From positions 1 to 59,677 of the IMG/VR virus record IMGVR_UViG_3300035670_000231: a DNA stretch of 59,677 bases; one strand, given 5' to 3'. Each line of letters opens with the position of its first letter. The first letter of the stretch is position 1. Made by a program: the position numbers and the translations under genes. A model generated the notes under the pieces. The model had not been told where the DNA came from. It saw only the letters and a list, made by a program, of their open reading frames with translations, and did not search any database. Positions 35,136-43,719 of this stretch are shown one piece after another. This stretch comes from a virus. Lineage: Duplodnaviria > Caudoviricetes.

Positions 35136-35632
35136 GGCTTGCCCTCGCACTTGGCGCGCTCAACAGCCCGGCGCTCCACCAGACCGCCGCACCTGTTGAC
35201 GGGATCTCGACAGTCCTTGCCCTGGAAGAACACCCACCTGTCAAATTCCGCACAGGCGCCAGCATAGTCGCCAGCATTGAGCCTGCGCACCAGGGTCGAT
35301 CCGCAGAACTTGCCCGCGCCCACGTTGTAGGCGAAGGACAGAAAGGCGTCGTACTCGTGCTGATGCAGGGGCACCGTGACGCAGGTCTTGAGCGCGCCCT
35401 CAAACCTGCGCACGTCGTCGAGCTTACGGGTCAAGGCCCGAATCGGGTCGGTGCGCTCGCCCATCTGCACCGGGCTGCCATCGGCGTGCCGCGTGGTGCC
35501 GAAGCCGATCGTCGCCACGTCGCCCGCGACCGGCACATAGGCCGTCTCGCGGTAGCCCTCGAACACCGCGATGCCGACCAGCCCGGAAGCCGAGAGCGAC
35601 AGCGCGGCGACGGCGATCCTGACGCGGTTCAT
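35132..35632 (-). CDS. Endolysin, GH24 lysozyme (SAR-like N-terminus)
   Basis: EGY..AY..GDVATIGFG; YNVG..FCGSTL; GLVERR. Confidence 0.93.
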   Translation of the reverse strand: MNRVRIAVAALSLSASGLVGIAVFEGYRETAYVPVAGDVATIGFGTTRHADGSPVQMGERTDPIRALTRKLDDVRRFEGALKTCVTVPLHQHEYDAFLSFAYNVGAGKFCGSTLVRRLNAGDYAGACAEFDRWVFFQGKDCRDPVNRCGGLVERRAVERAKCEGKP

Positions 35633-35633
35633 G

Positions 35634-35882
35634 TCATGGGTTCTCGTATCGCTTCATGCGGGCGAGATGCTCGGCGCGCTCGCGCACGTCCTGGCGGTGG
35701 CGGTAGAACCAGTTCACCAGGAAGCCGGCCACGCCGATCACGATGCCGACCAGAACGGCGAACTCGCTGCTCAGCAGCCACCCCCCGACGGTCATGCCGG
35801 CGCCCGTGTAGGTGGCCTTCGAGCTGGTGGCGGCGATGGTCGCGTCCAGCGTCTGGCTGGCGATCTCGTGGCCTTTTTCCAT
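35634..35882 (-). CDS. Holin
   Basis: 82 aa, hydrophobic segments, basic C-terminus, upstream of endolysin. Confidence 0.85.
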   Translation of the reverse strand: MEKGHEIASQTLDATIAATSSKATYTGAGMTVGGWLLSSEFAVLVGIVIGVAGFLVNWFYRHRQDVRERAEHLARMKRYENP

Positions 35883-35919
35883 CGGGTCGTTCCGGGCTGC
35901 GTGCGATCACCGGATTCTG

Positions 35920-36135
35920 TCAGCCTTCGCCGGCCACGGGCGAAGTCGCGGGCTGCGCCGAGGCCTCCGGCTCCGGCGCGCGCAGGACGGCGGCGGCGTG
36001 CTCCTGCTCCTGCACCTGCTGCATCAGCGCCTGCATGAACGGGTTGGCCTCCGCCCAGGGGCGGGCCTGCAGCGCGTTGGCCAGCACGTTGACGTCGGCC
36101 GCGGCAAGATTGGGGAAGGTGATGGTGTAGCGCAT
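35920..36135 (-). CDS. Small hypothetical protein
   Basis: AAGGAG RBS; MRYTITF. Confidence 0.7.
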   Translation of the reverse strand: MRYTITFPNLAAADVNVLANALQARPWAEANPFMQALMQQVQEQEHAAAVLRAPEPEASAQPATSPVAGEG

Positions 36136-36166
36136 GGGGGCTCCTTGGTAACGAGACTGGCGATTG

Positions 36167-37600
36167 TCAGCGGAAGACCATGACGTGGATCTCGGACGAA
36201 GGGGTGTTGAAGGCGTTGGCCGAGTTGCCGATCTCGACGTCGAAATGGCCGGCGGCCTTCTCGCAGTTGGTCGTGGCGCACACGATACCCTGCGGGTTGG
36301 CACCCTCGAATCGGGCGCTGCCGGACCACGCATATTGGCTGTCTGCCAATTGGGTGATGAAACTGATACGGTAGGCCACGCCGGCCTGCGGGATCACGGA
36401 CGCGACGTTACCGCGGCCGCGCACTTGCACCTTCCGGGTGACATTGCCGGAGGTCGTCAGGCTGCTGGCGGCCTCGACCTGAAAGGTGTTTGCGGTGATG
36501 TTAAAGGCGGTGAAGAAGCCATCGACGCTGCTGCCGCTCGTGAAGTCCAGATAGACCCCTTCTCCGGCAACCACACCGTGGCCGGTGATGGTGATCGTGA
36601 TGGTCGTGCCAGACTGGGAATAGGTCCCGGAGACCTCGACGTTGCTGAAGGTGACCCAGGCGCGGCAGGAGTAGACCGGCGCATCACCTGTTGCGTTGAC
36701 GGTGTTTTTCACCAAAGCGGCGAACGATGCCCTAAACCAGAAAATAGGCGCGCCAGGGCCCAAGCCCGAAGGACTGGAATAAATAAATTCGCCCTCCGCC
36801 TCCGGCACCAACGAGTCGTCAATATCCCCCAGCCCCGTGACGCTGAGCAAGGCTTTGGCGTTCAACGTTGACTTTCCTGTGCCGCCATTGGCCACCGCCA
36901 CCGTCCCGGTAAGCTGGCCGGCCGGCAGCGAGGTCAGACCGGAGCCCGAGCCCGAGATCGGCACGGCGAACGTGGCGCCGGTGGCGCTCACCGTTACCCG
37001 GTCGGTGCCGGCCACGCTCAAGGCCACGGTGCCGCCGGTGCGCGGGTTCGCCACGAAGACGCGGTTGTTCAAGCCGGAGCTGGCCGCACCGAATTGCCCG
37101 TAGGCCACCGAGCCGTCGGCGTTCAGGAAAGCCAGCGCCCGGTCGGCGCCGGTCTCCTGCACGACGAAGTCGCCGCCCGCGATCGAGACCACGCCTTGCG
37201 GGCTTTCGCCGGCACCGAAGGAGAACCGCCCGGTGTTGCTCGCGAACAGGCGCTGCACGCCCGCGATCGCCAGGGCCACCCGGTCGGCGCTGGGCCGGTA
37301 GAAGCCCGTCGTGGCCGAGCCCTGGAAGGCGATCGACGGCGCGCTCACCGAGCCCGCAGGCGCTGCCAGCGTCCCTTCGACGTTGATCGCATAGGCGGCC
37401 GAGAGGTCGGCCCAGGCCGAGCCCGACCACTTCTGCCACTTCTTCGAGGCAGAGTTCCATCGGATCGCGTTGGTCGGCGGGCTCGTGACCGTGGCCACGG
37501 CCGGATCCAGGCCGCGGGCGAGGTCGTCGTCGCGAGCCTTCAGATCGGCCAGAAAGTTGGTGTAGAGGCTGGAGAGGGTCGGGTTTGCCCAGTTGGCCAT
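36167..37600 (-). CDS. Tail fibre / receptor-binding protein
   Basis: After J; GSVSAPSIAF..TGFY, V.NGGTG; C-terminal RAWVTF..VFR domain. Confidence 0.85.
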   Translation of the reverse strand: MANWANPTLSSLYTNFLADLKARDDDLARGLDPAVATVTSPPTNAIRWNSASKKWQKWSGSAWADLSAAYAINVEGTLAAPAGSVSAPSIAFQGSATTGFYRPSADRVALAIAGVQRLFASNTGRFSFGAGESPQGVVSIAGGDFVVQETGADRALAFLNADGSVAYGQFGAASSGLNNRVFVANPRTGGTVALSVAGTDRVTVSATGATFAVPISGSGSGLTSLPAGQLTGTVAVANGGTGKSTLNAKALLSVTGLGDIDDSLVPEAEGEFIYSSPSGLGPGAPIFWFRASFAALVKNTVNATGDAPVYSCRAWVTFSNVEVSGTYSQSGTTITITITGHGVVAGEGVYLDFTSGSSVDGFFTAFNITANTFQVEAASSLTTSGNVTRKVQVRGRGNVASVIPQAGVAYRISFITQLADSQYAWSGSARFEGANPQGIVCATTNCEKAAGHFDVEIGNSANAFNTPSSEIHVMVFR

Positions 37601-37601
37601 G

Positions 37602-40600
37602 TCAGACTCCGGCGGCCTGCCACGACACGGTCCCGCTGACGCGGTTGCCGGCGGTGTCGTAGAGCAGGGCCTTGAACGAGGTAGGGTTGGCGCCCCCGGC
37701 GAAATCGTAGATCGCGAAGCGGGCCGTCGTGCCCTTGGGCGTCACGGTGATCGACTTCACCGAGACGAAGGGCACCGTGAAGTCGATCGTGGTGCCGCCG
37801 ACATCGGCCGAGGCGACGGCCGCCTCGCCGCTGTCGCTGCGTTCCTTGACCTCCATGCGCACGATCGCATTGAACACCTCGGCGATGCCGCCGGTGACCG
37901 CGATCTTCACCTTGGCCCAGCGGAACGCCGTCGCGAAGGCCTGCGCCCCGGCATAGTCGGTCCAGGGGCCGCTGGCGCTCGTGTTGCTCACGCTGATCGT
38001 GTAGCTGGCCAACGGGCTGCCGCTGATCGCCGCCAGCGAGGCCGTGATGGTGATCTTGGAGCTTGGAAGGGTCGAGCCGGCGTCGACAACCGCCTCGGCG
38101 TAGCCGCTGCTTTCGCCGGGCTGGATGAAGTAGGGGTAGCCGGCGTCGATCTGGTCCTGCGGCGAGGTCCAGCCGCGTGCGGTGAAGTGCGTCTCCCAGG
38201 TCTCGCTGGCCGAGATCGGCAGGTAGAGCCGGCTATCGCTTTCGGCCGCGTTGGAGAAGGCCGACCAGACTGGCGCCTGTTCGAGCTGCAGCACGTAGTC
38301 GGGCGGCGCCGAGACGGGCACCGCCACCTGACCGGGCGTCCCGTAGTTGCCGGCGCGGTCGATGCCGGCGACCCAGTAGGTGAAGGTGCCGGCCTGGGTC
38401 TCGAACACCGTGGTGAAGAGGCCCGTCTTCGTGCCGATGACCTCGGCCGATGCCCAGGCCGCACCGCGGCGGATCTCGTAGGTGCTGATCGCCAGCGAGC
38501 CCGGCACGTCCTGCCAGCGCAGGAGCACGTTGTTGTCGATTACCTCGGCCACGATGACCGGCTGCCCGGGCGGCTCGATCGTGATCGTCGCCGCCGAGTC
38601 GGCGGCCGAGTAGTTGCCGGCGGTGTCCAGCGCCCGCACCCGGAAGGTCATCGAGAGGCCCGCGATCGGCAGCGTGGCGTTCAGGGCCTTGCCGCGGAAG
38701 ACCACCGTCCCGCCGGCCCAGATCGCCCCCAGGCGCACCTCGTAGAGGTCGAGGTCGAGGTCGGCGATCGCCGGCCATGCCAGCTCGGCCTGCGCGGCGC
38801 TGGCGTTGATCGTGACGGCCAGGGCGCCCACCGTGGCGGGCGGCGCGGCCTTGCCTAGCGGCGTGTAGGTGATCGCCGCGGGCGTGTCGCTGGTCAGCCC
38901 GAGCTGGCTCACCGCCACCACCCGGAGCTGGTACTGCGCCCCGTCGATCACGTCGATGATCTCGGCCGCCGGGGTCTGCGTCTCCGGCAGGGCGATCCAG
39001 TTGCCGTCGGCCAGCCGGAACGAGGCCACATAGCCGCGCACGTAGCCCGTCGTCACCGGCGCCCAAGAGAAGGTGATCTTCGAGCGCACCACCTTCGCAG
39101 AGTCGACGTAAATGGTGTCGCTGGCGGCGAGGCCGGACGGGGCCGGCGGCGCCAGCCGCGGATCCACCAGCACCGAGGTCGTGCGCAGGGTGAGCGAGGC
39201 GCCCTCGTCCACCACCGCGAACTTCGACGGGTTGTGCAAAAGCGCCGTCACGGCGAACTTCGCCCCGCTCTCGCGCTCAGCCACCGAGACCACCCGGTAC
39301 AGCTCGGGCTCCAGCGCCGACGACGAGAGCACCCAGATGCTCTGCGCCGAAAGCCCGCCGGTCCAGGCCGAGGCGACCGTGAGCGTGGCGGCGGAGCCGG
39401 CCGCCGTGGTGACGGTCCGCTCCTCCAGCTCGCCGGCATCGTTGAGCACCGCCAGGGTGTAGGTGAGGCCGGCCGCGAGCGTCACCGCCTGATCGAGCGT
39501 CACCGTGGTGGCGGTCGGCACGGCCACCACCCGGCCGCCGATGCGCGACCCGGCCCGATGCTGATCGGCCACCTGGATGACGTCGCCCGGCCGGGGGATG
39601 TTGCCCTCCAGGCCGGTCTCGAACGTGACCATCTCGCTCTCGTAGCGCTCGGTGTAGAGCAGCCACCGGCCGACCCGGTAGGCCATGGCGCGGCTGGTGC
39701 AGCCCATCGCCACGATCTCGGTCTGCGAAACGTAGCCCCAGCGGACGATCAGCTCGGGGTCGTCGACATACTCCACCGCCTGCTTGTAGCGCTCGGCCGG
39801 GTCGTTCCAGGCCACCAGAACGGCGTTGCGCCGCACCCGCTGGCTGCTGCCCGTGTACTCGAAGGCGCCGTCGATGACGTTGGCGTTGGCGAAGAGGTAG
39901 ATCGGATCGCTCGGCCGGTCCTGGCTCAGGTTGAGCGTGCCGGCGCCCCAGTAGGTCATAGCGCGGAAGATCGCCGCCATGTTCTGCAGGACGCGATAGG
40001 CCTCCTCGCGGGTCTGCAAATAGAGGTTGCAGGTGAAGCGCGGCTCCTGCCCGCCGCGGCCATCCGAGACCAGCTCGTCGCAGTAGACCGCCATCGCGTA
40101 CAGCGACCACTTGTCGAGCATCGCCTCGGTGATGTAGTCGCCCGTGCCGTAGCGCGGGTTGGTGGCGAGGTCGTAGAAGCACCAGACCGGATTGTTCGAC
40201 CACGCCACCTGAAAGGTGCCGTCCCAGGTGCCGCTGTAAGTCCTGGCGATCGGGTCGTAGTTGCTCGGGACTTTGATCTTCAGCAGCCGCAGATGGTAGG
40301 ACCGCTCCGGGATGCTGGAGAACTGCTTTGCATCGAAGGCGAGCCCGACAAGGGCCGTATGCGGATACCGGAGCTTCTCCTCGTAGATCGCGGTCAGGCT
40401 GTCCCACACCGTGCGGTTCTGCAGCCGGTTGGTCGTGGCATCGGGCGTAATCCGCTCGACCCGAATGGTCCAGGGGGCGCCCCCGGCCGGCAGCGGCACG
40501 AGGTGCCCTCGCTGGTACGCCGAACTGCTCTTGCCCTCGATACGCAGCACCTTGTTCCGGCGCAGCTCCTGCAGCGGCGAGAACCAAGCCCCCGAGGCGC

Positions 40601-41408
40601 CGGAGACGATCAGCGTGCGCACCTCGTAGGCCGTGCCCTCGGCCACCTCGACGTCGAAGCTGCCGAGGACCGCCTTCCACTGGCCGGTGGCGGCCACCCG
40701 GCTCTGCCAAGCCCCGTCGTCATAGTAGCCCTCGGCGCTGTCGGCGTTGCCGAGGCCGGCCATCAGGTCGAAGGTCTTGATCGTCGTCCACGAACCGGCC
40801 GGCACGCGGTACTGCACGTTCACCACCAGCCGCTTGGGCGCCCAGCCGCCGATGCCCTCCTGATAGTCGAGCTGGCAGGCGCCGCGGACGACACCCTGAA
40901 TCCGCGTCGCCGCGGTCGAGGTCGTGCCCGATGTCCAGGCCTCGCCCGAGCCCGGCAGGCTCACGAGGTCGAAGCCCAGCGGCTGATCCACGAACGAGCC
41001 CGCGGCCGTCTTGACCGCGATCTTGTACTCGACGCTGGTGCCCAGCAGGTCGCCGTTCTCTTGCTGCAGGAGCAGCGCCGGCACGGTGATCAGCACCCGC
41101 GCCGCATCGACCGCGGGATCGGTGATCGTGCGCTCGATCGGCACGTCCTTCACCACCTCGATGCCGACGCTGGAGGTGTCCTCCACGCCCGCCACCCAGT
41201 CGATCCGCTCCTGATTCTGCAGGCCGCGGCGGACGGCCACGTCGACCCCGCTGAAGTTGTCGGTTCCGTCGCGGTTCTGCACCGGCGTGCCGTCGAGGAA
41301 CACCGACTGCAGCCCGGCCACCAGCCCCTCGATCTCGCCCTCGCAGACCGCGTCGACGACGCGCGCCTTGGCGATCGAGCGCAGGCTGTCCCTGTCCTCC
41401 CTGCTCAT
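37602..41408 (-). CDS. Central tail tip protein (lambda J-like)
   Basis: CEGEIEG, WDGTF..AWSNNP, EPRFTCN, FN3-like repeats. Confidence 0.93.
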   Translation of the reverse strand: MSREDRDSLRSIAKARVVDAVCEGEIEGLVAGLQSVFLDGTPVQNRDGTDNFSGVDVAVRRGLQNQERIDWVAGVEDTSSVGIEVVKDVPIERTITDPAVDAARVLITVPALLLQQENGDLLGTSVEYKIAVKTAAGSFVDQPLGFDLVSLPGSGEAWTSGTTSTAATRIQGVVRGACQLDYQEGIGGWAPKRLVVNVQYRVPAGSWTTIKTFDLMAGLGNADSAEGYYDDGAWQSRVAATGQWKAVLGSFDVEVAEGTAYEVRTLIVSGASGAWFSPLQELRRNKVLRIEGKSSSAYQRGHLVPLPAGGAPWTIRVERITPDATTNRLQNRTVWDSLTAIYEEKLRYPHTALVGLAFDAKQFSSIPERSYHLRLLKIKVPSNYDPIARTYSGTWDGTFQVAWSNNPVWCFYDLATNPRYGTGDYITEAMLDKWSLYAMAVYCDELVSDGRGGQEPRFTCNLYLQTREEAYRVLQNMAAIFRAMTYWGAGTLNLSQDRPSDPIYLFANANVIDGAFEYTGSSQRVRRNAVLVAWNDPAERYKQAVEYVDDPELIVRWGYVSQTEIVAMGCTSRAMAYRVGRWLLYTERYESEMVTFETGLEGNIPRPGDVIQVADQHRAGSRIGGRVVAVPTATTVTLDQAVTLAAGLTYTLAVLNDAGELEERTVTTAAGSAATLTVASAWTGGLSAQSIWVLSSSALEPELYRVVSVAERESGAKFAVTALLHNPSKFAVVDEGASLTLRTTSVLVDPRLAPPAPSGLAASDTIYVDSAKVVRSKITFSWAPVTTGYVRGYVASFRLADGNWIALPETQTPAAEIIDVIDGAQYQLRVVAVSQLGLTSDTPAAITYTPLGKAAPPATVGALAVTINASAAQAELAWPAIADLDLDLYEVRLGAIWAGGTVVFRGKALNATLPIAGLSMTFRVRALDTAGNYSAADSAATITIEPPGQPVIVAEVIDNNVLLRWQDVPGSLAISTYEIRRGAAWASAEVIGTKTGLFTTVFETQAGTFTYWVAGIDRAGNYGTPGQVAVPVSAPPDYVLQLEQAPVWSAFSNAAESDSRLYLPISASETWETHFTARGWTSPQDQIDAGYPYFIQPGESSGYAEAVVDAGSTLPSSKITITASLAAISGSPLASYTISVSNTSASGPWTDYAGAQAFATAFRWAKVKIAVTGGIAEVFNAIVRMEVKERSDSGEAAVASADVGGTTIDFTVPFVSVKSITVTPKGTTARFAIYDFAGGANPTSFKALLYDTAGNRVSGTVSWQAAGV

Positions 41409-42013
41409 ACCGGGATGTCCTCGGACCAGATCCCGGTCGAGATGCGCGCACCGCCGACGATCAGCTCGCCGTAGCCCACCGGGACCGGGAAGCCCACCTG
41501 GGTCGTCTGCACCGGCCCGTTGAAGAGGTAGCTCGGCTGGTTCTCGACCGGTTCGGTGTACTCCGGCGTCGGCGCCAGGAGCTGCGCCACCCCGCCGATC
41601 ACCAGCGACAGGCCGACGTTCACGGCGACGGCTGCAAGCGTGGTCTTGCCGATGGCGATGGCGCCGAGCGCCGGGTTCAGCACCGCCAGCCCGATCAGCG
41701 CCACGCCGAGGATGATCTGGAAGAACTTCGACTTCGCCCCGGCGATGACCGGCGCGATCGTGAAGCTGGCGTCCTGGCCGTGCTGCAGGTGCAGCTCGCG
41801 CTCGAAGTCGGCCACCGGCGCCTTGCGCACCAGCACCTTGAACCAGCGCTCGCGGCTCTCGACGTACTGGCGGAAGCCGGGCCGGACGACGCAGAGCGCC
41901 CGGATCGCCTCGGCCGGCGTGGCCACCGCCAGCCGGTGCTCGCGGCCGAAGCGCCGCCCGAGGTCACCCAGCAGACGGATCGTGCGCAGCGGTTGCGACG
42001 TGGCGAAGGACAT
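41405..42013 (-). CDS. Tail assembly protein (lambda I-like)
   Basis: IRLLGDLGRRFG..PVIAG..PVPVGYG. Confidence 0.9.
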   Translation of the reverse strand: MSFATSQPLRTIRLLGDLGRRFGREHRLAVATPAEAIRALCVVRPGFRQYVESRERWFKVLVRKAPVADFERELHLQHGQDASFTIAPVIAGAKSKFFQIILGVALIGLAVLNPALGAIAIGKTTLAAVAVNVGLSLVIGGVAQLLAPTPEYTEPVENQPSYLFNGPVQTTQVGFPVPVGYGELIVGGARISTGIWSEDIPV

Positions 42014-42677
42014 GCGTGGTGCGCTCGCGGTAGAGCCGGTCGTAGGTGTCGGTCCCGGAAATCCGGCCGGCCAGATGGTGAAGGATTCTGCCACCCGGCA
42101 TGACGATCGCGGCGTGATTGGGCACAGGCGCCCCGATCTGCAGCAGCAGCGCGTCGCCCGGCCGGCACTCGCCCTGCACCTCGACGAAGCCGGCAGCGGC
42201 GAAGTTCTCGCGGTAGAGGTCCCGGCCCTGCTCCCACCAGCGGTCCTGGCGGGCGTAGTCGGGCAGCAGAACCCCGCGCTCGCGCCAGAACCAGTCCCGG
42301 ACCAGGGTGTAGCAGTCGTTCACCCCATGGGTGAACGTTCGGCCGGCGTAGGGCAGCACGCCAGCGGCCGGCAGCAGCCGCCAGCCGTCGGCGCCGAGGA
42401 TCCACCAGTCGAGCCCGGACGCCCGGTGCGCCACGAGGTCGGCCGGCGACGGCGCGCTCGATGCGCCCGGGTGGCTGTGCACCACGGCCACCACCTCGCC
42501 GTCATCCTCGGCCAGGGCGTAGGCCTCGGGCGCGATCTGGAAGCGCTCCAGGGGCTCGTCCGCCGCGTTGTCGCAGGCCATGAAGCGCAGGCGCCCACGG
42601 CGGACCACGAGCAGCCCACAGGCCTCGGCAGGGGCCACGGCGGCGGCATGCCGCTCGGCCTCGACCTGCCACGTCAT
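41964..42677 (-). CDS. Tail tip protein (lambda K-like; JAMM + NlpC/P60)
   Basis: EACG..HSHP..PSPAD; DCY..NHAA..ILHH. Confidence 0.92.
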   Translation of the reverse strand: MTWQVEAERHAAAVAPAEACGLLVVRRGRLRFMACDNAADEPLERFQIAPEAYALAEDDGEVVAVVHSHPGASSAPSPADLVAHRASGLDWWILGADGWRLLPAAGVLPYAGRTFTHGVNDCYTLVRDWFWRERGVLLPDYARQDRWWEQGRDLYRENFAAAGFVEVQGECRPGDALLLQIGAPVPNHAAIVMPGGRILHHLAGRISGTDTYDRLYRERTTHVLRHVATAAHDPSAG

Positions 42678-43381
42678 CGGCTGGCCTGACCGGCGCCCGG
42701 GAAGCCGCCGAACGGCAGCACGGCGGCCACGCCGAAGCGCAGCTTGCACCCCGCCAGGGTGCGCGAGCAGTTGTCGACGGCCGGATCGCTCGTCGGCTGA
42801 TCGAAGCGGTCGGCTTTCGGCCCGCCGCTGTAGCCGCAGGTCCCGGGGTCGCGGTAGCGCCAGCCGCAGATGCCCGAGACGATCTGCCGGCGCGGCAGCA
42901 TGACGCCCTGCAGATCGAGCGCCGAGCCCAGCTCGAACTCCACCAGGAGCTTGGTCTCGGAGGTCTTCTGGGTGACGAAGTAGGTCTCGTCGGGCAGGTG
43001 CGACAGCGGATCCGCGCTGGCGTTGGTGCCGCCCGGGAAGTTCACCGCATCGAGGAAGCGCACCATCGTCCGCTTGCGGGTCAGCCGCATGCCGACGAAG
43101 TCGTCGTACTGGCGCACCAGCGCCGAGATGGCGCCCGAGACGTTGGCCACGCGCAGGCGCGGCCGCGGCATCCGCCCCGAGCCGTCCATCTCGAAGCCGT
43201 CGACCTGGATCGGGAAGGGCTGGTACGTCTCGCCCTGCCAGACCACGGGCTGGCGCAGCGCGTTGGTGCCGGCGTGAAAGCGGACGATCCCGGCCGACAG
43301 CGGCGTCAGGTCGAGCGCGAAGAGGTCGACCCAGGCCCCGGCGTCGAGCTTGTGCAGTTGCCCGGTGATGGTGACGGTCAC
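42674..43381 (-). CDS. Minor tail protein (lambda L-like)
   Basis: RFLDAVNF; C.W.YR..CGY..C..C.LRFG..FGGFPG. Confidence 0.92.
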   Translation of the reverse strand: MTVTITGQLHKLDAGAWVDLFALDLTPLSAGIVRFHAGTNALRQPVVWQGETYQPFPIQVDGFEMDGSGRMPRPRLRVANVSGAISALVRQYDDFVGMRLTRKRTMVRFLDAVNFPGGTNASADPLSHLPDETYFVTQKTSETKLLVEFELGSALDLQGVMLPRRQIVSGICGWRYRDPGTCGYSGGPKADRFDQPTSDPAVDNCSRTLAGCKLRFGVAAVLPFGGFPGAGQASR

Positions 43382-43713
43382 GGCTCGAACACCTCGGAGA
43401 ACGTGGCGGCGATCGTGGTGGCGCCGTAGGTGTCCAGCGTGGACGACCATTGCGGGCAGACCCACTTGCCGGCGCTGCCCCTGGGCGGCGTCCAGTCGAA
43501 GGCCTCAAGGCTGCCGCGGGCGGTGAGGAAGGCCTCGATCGCCGCCGCCTCGGTGTCGTCGCGGTTGCCGAAGGTGAGGTTCCACACCCTGGGGTCGGTG
43601 TTGATGCCGTCGGCCGAGCGCTGCTGGTAGCCGTCACCGAACTGTGCGGTGCGCACCCGCGGCCGCCGCTGCTCCTGCGCCCGCCAGTCGGGCGCCCAGA
43701 TGAAGGTCGCCAT
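43378..43713 (-). CDS. Distal tail protein (lambda M-like)
   Basis: FGDGYQQR..GIN..FDWTPP..FSEVFEP. Confidence 0.92.
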   Translation of the reverse strand: MATFIWAPDWRAQEQRRPRVRTAQFGDGYQQRSADGINTDPRVWNLTFGNRDDTEAAAIEAFLTARGSLEAFDWTPPRGSAGKWVCPQWSSTLDTYGATTIAATFSEVFEP

Positions 43714-43719
43714 GTCGTC

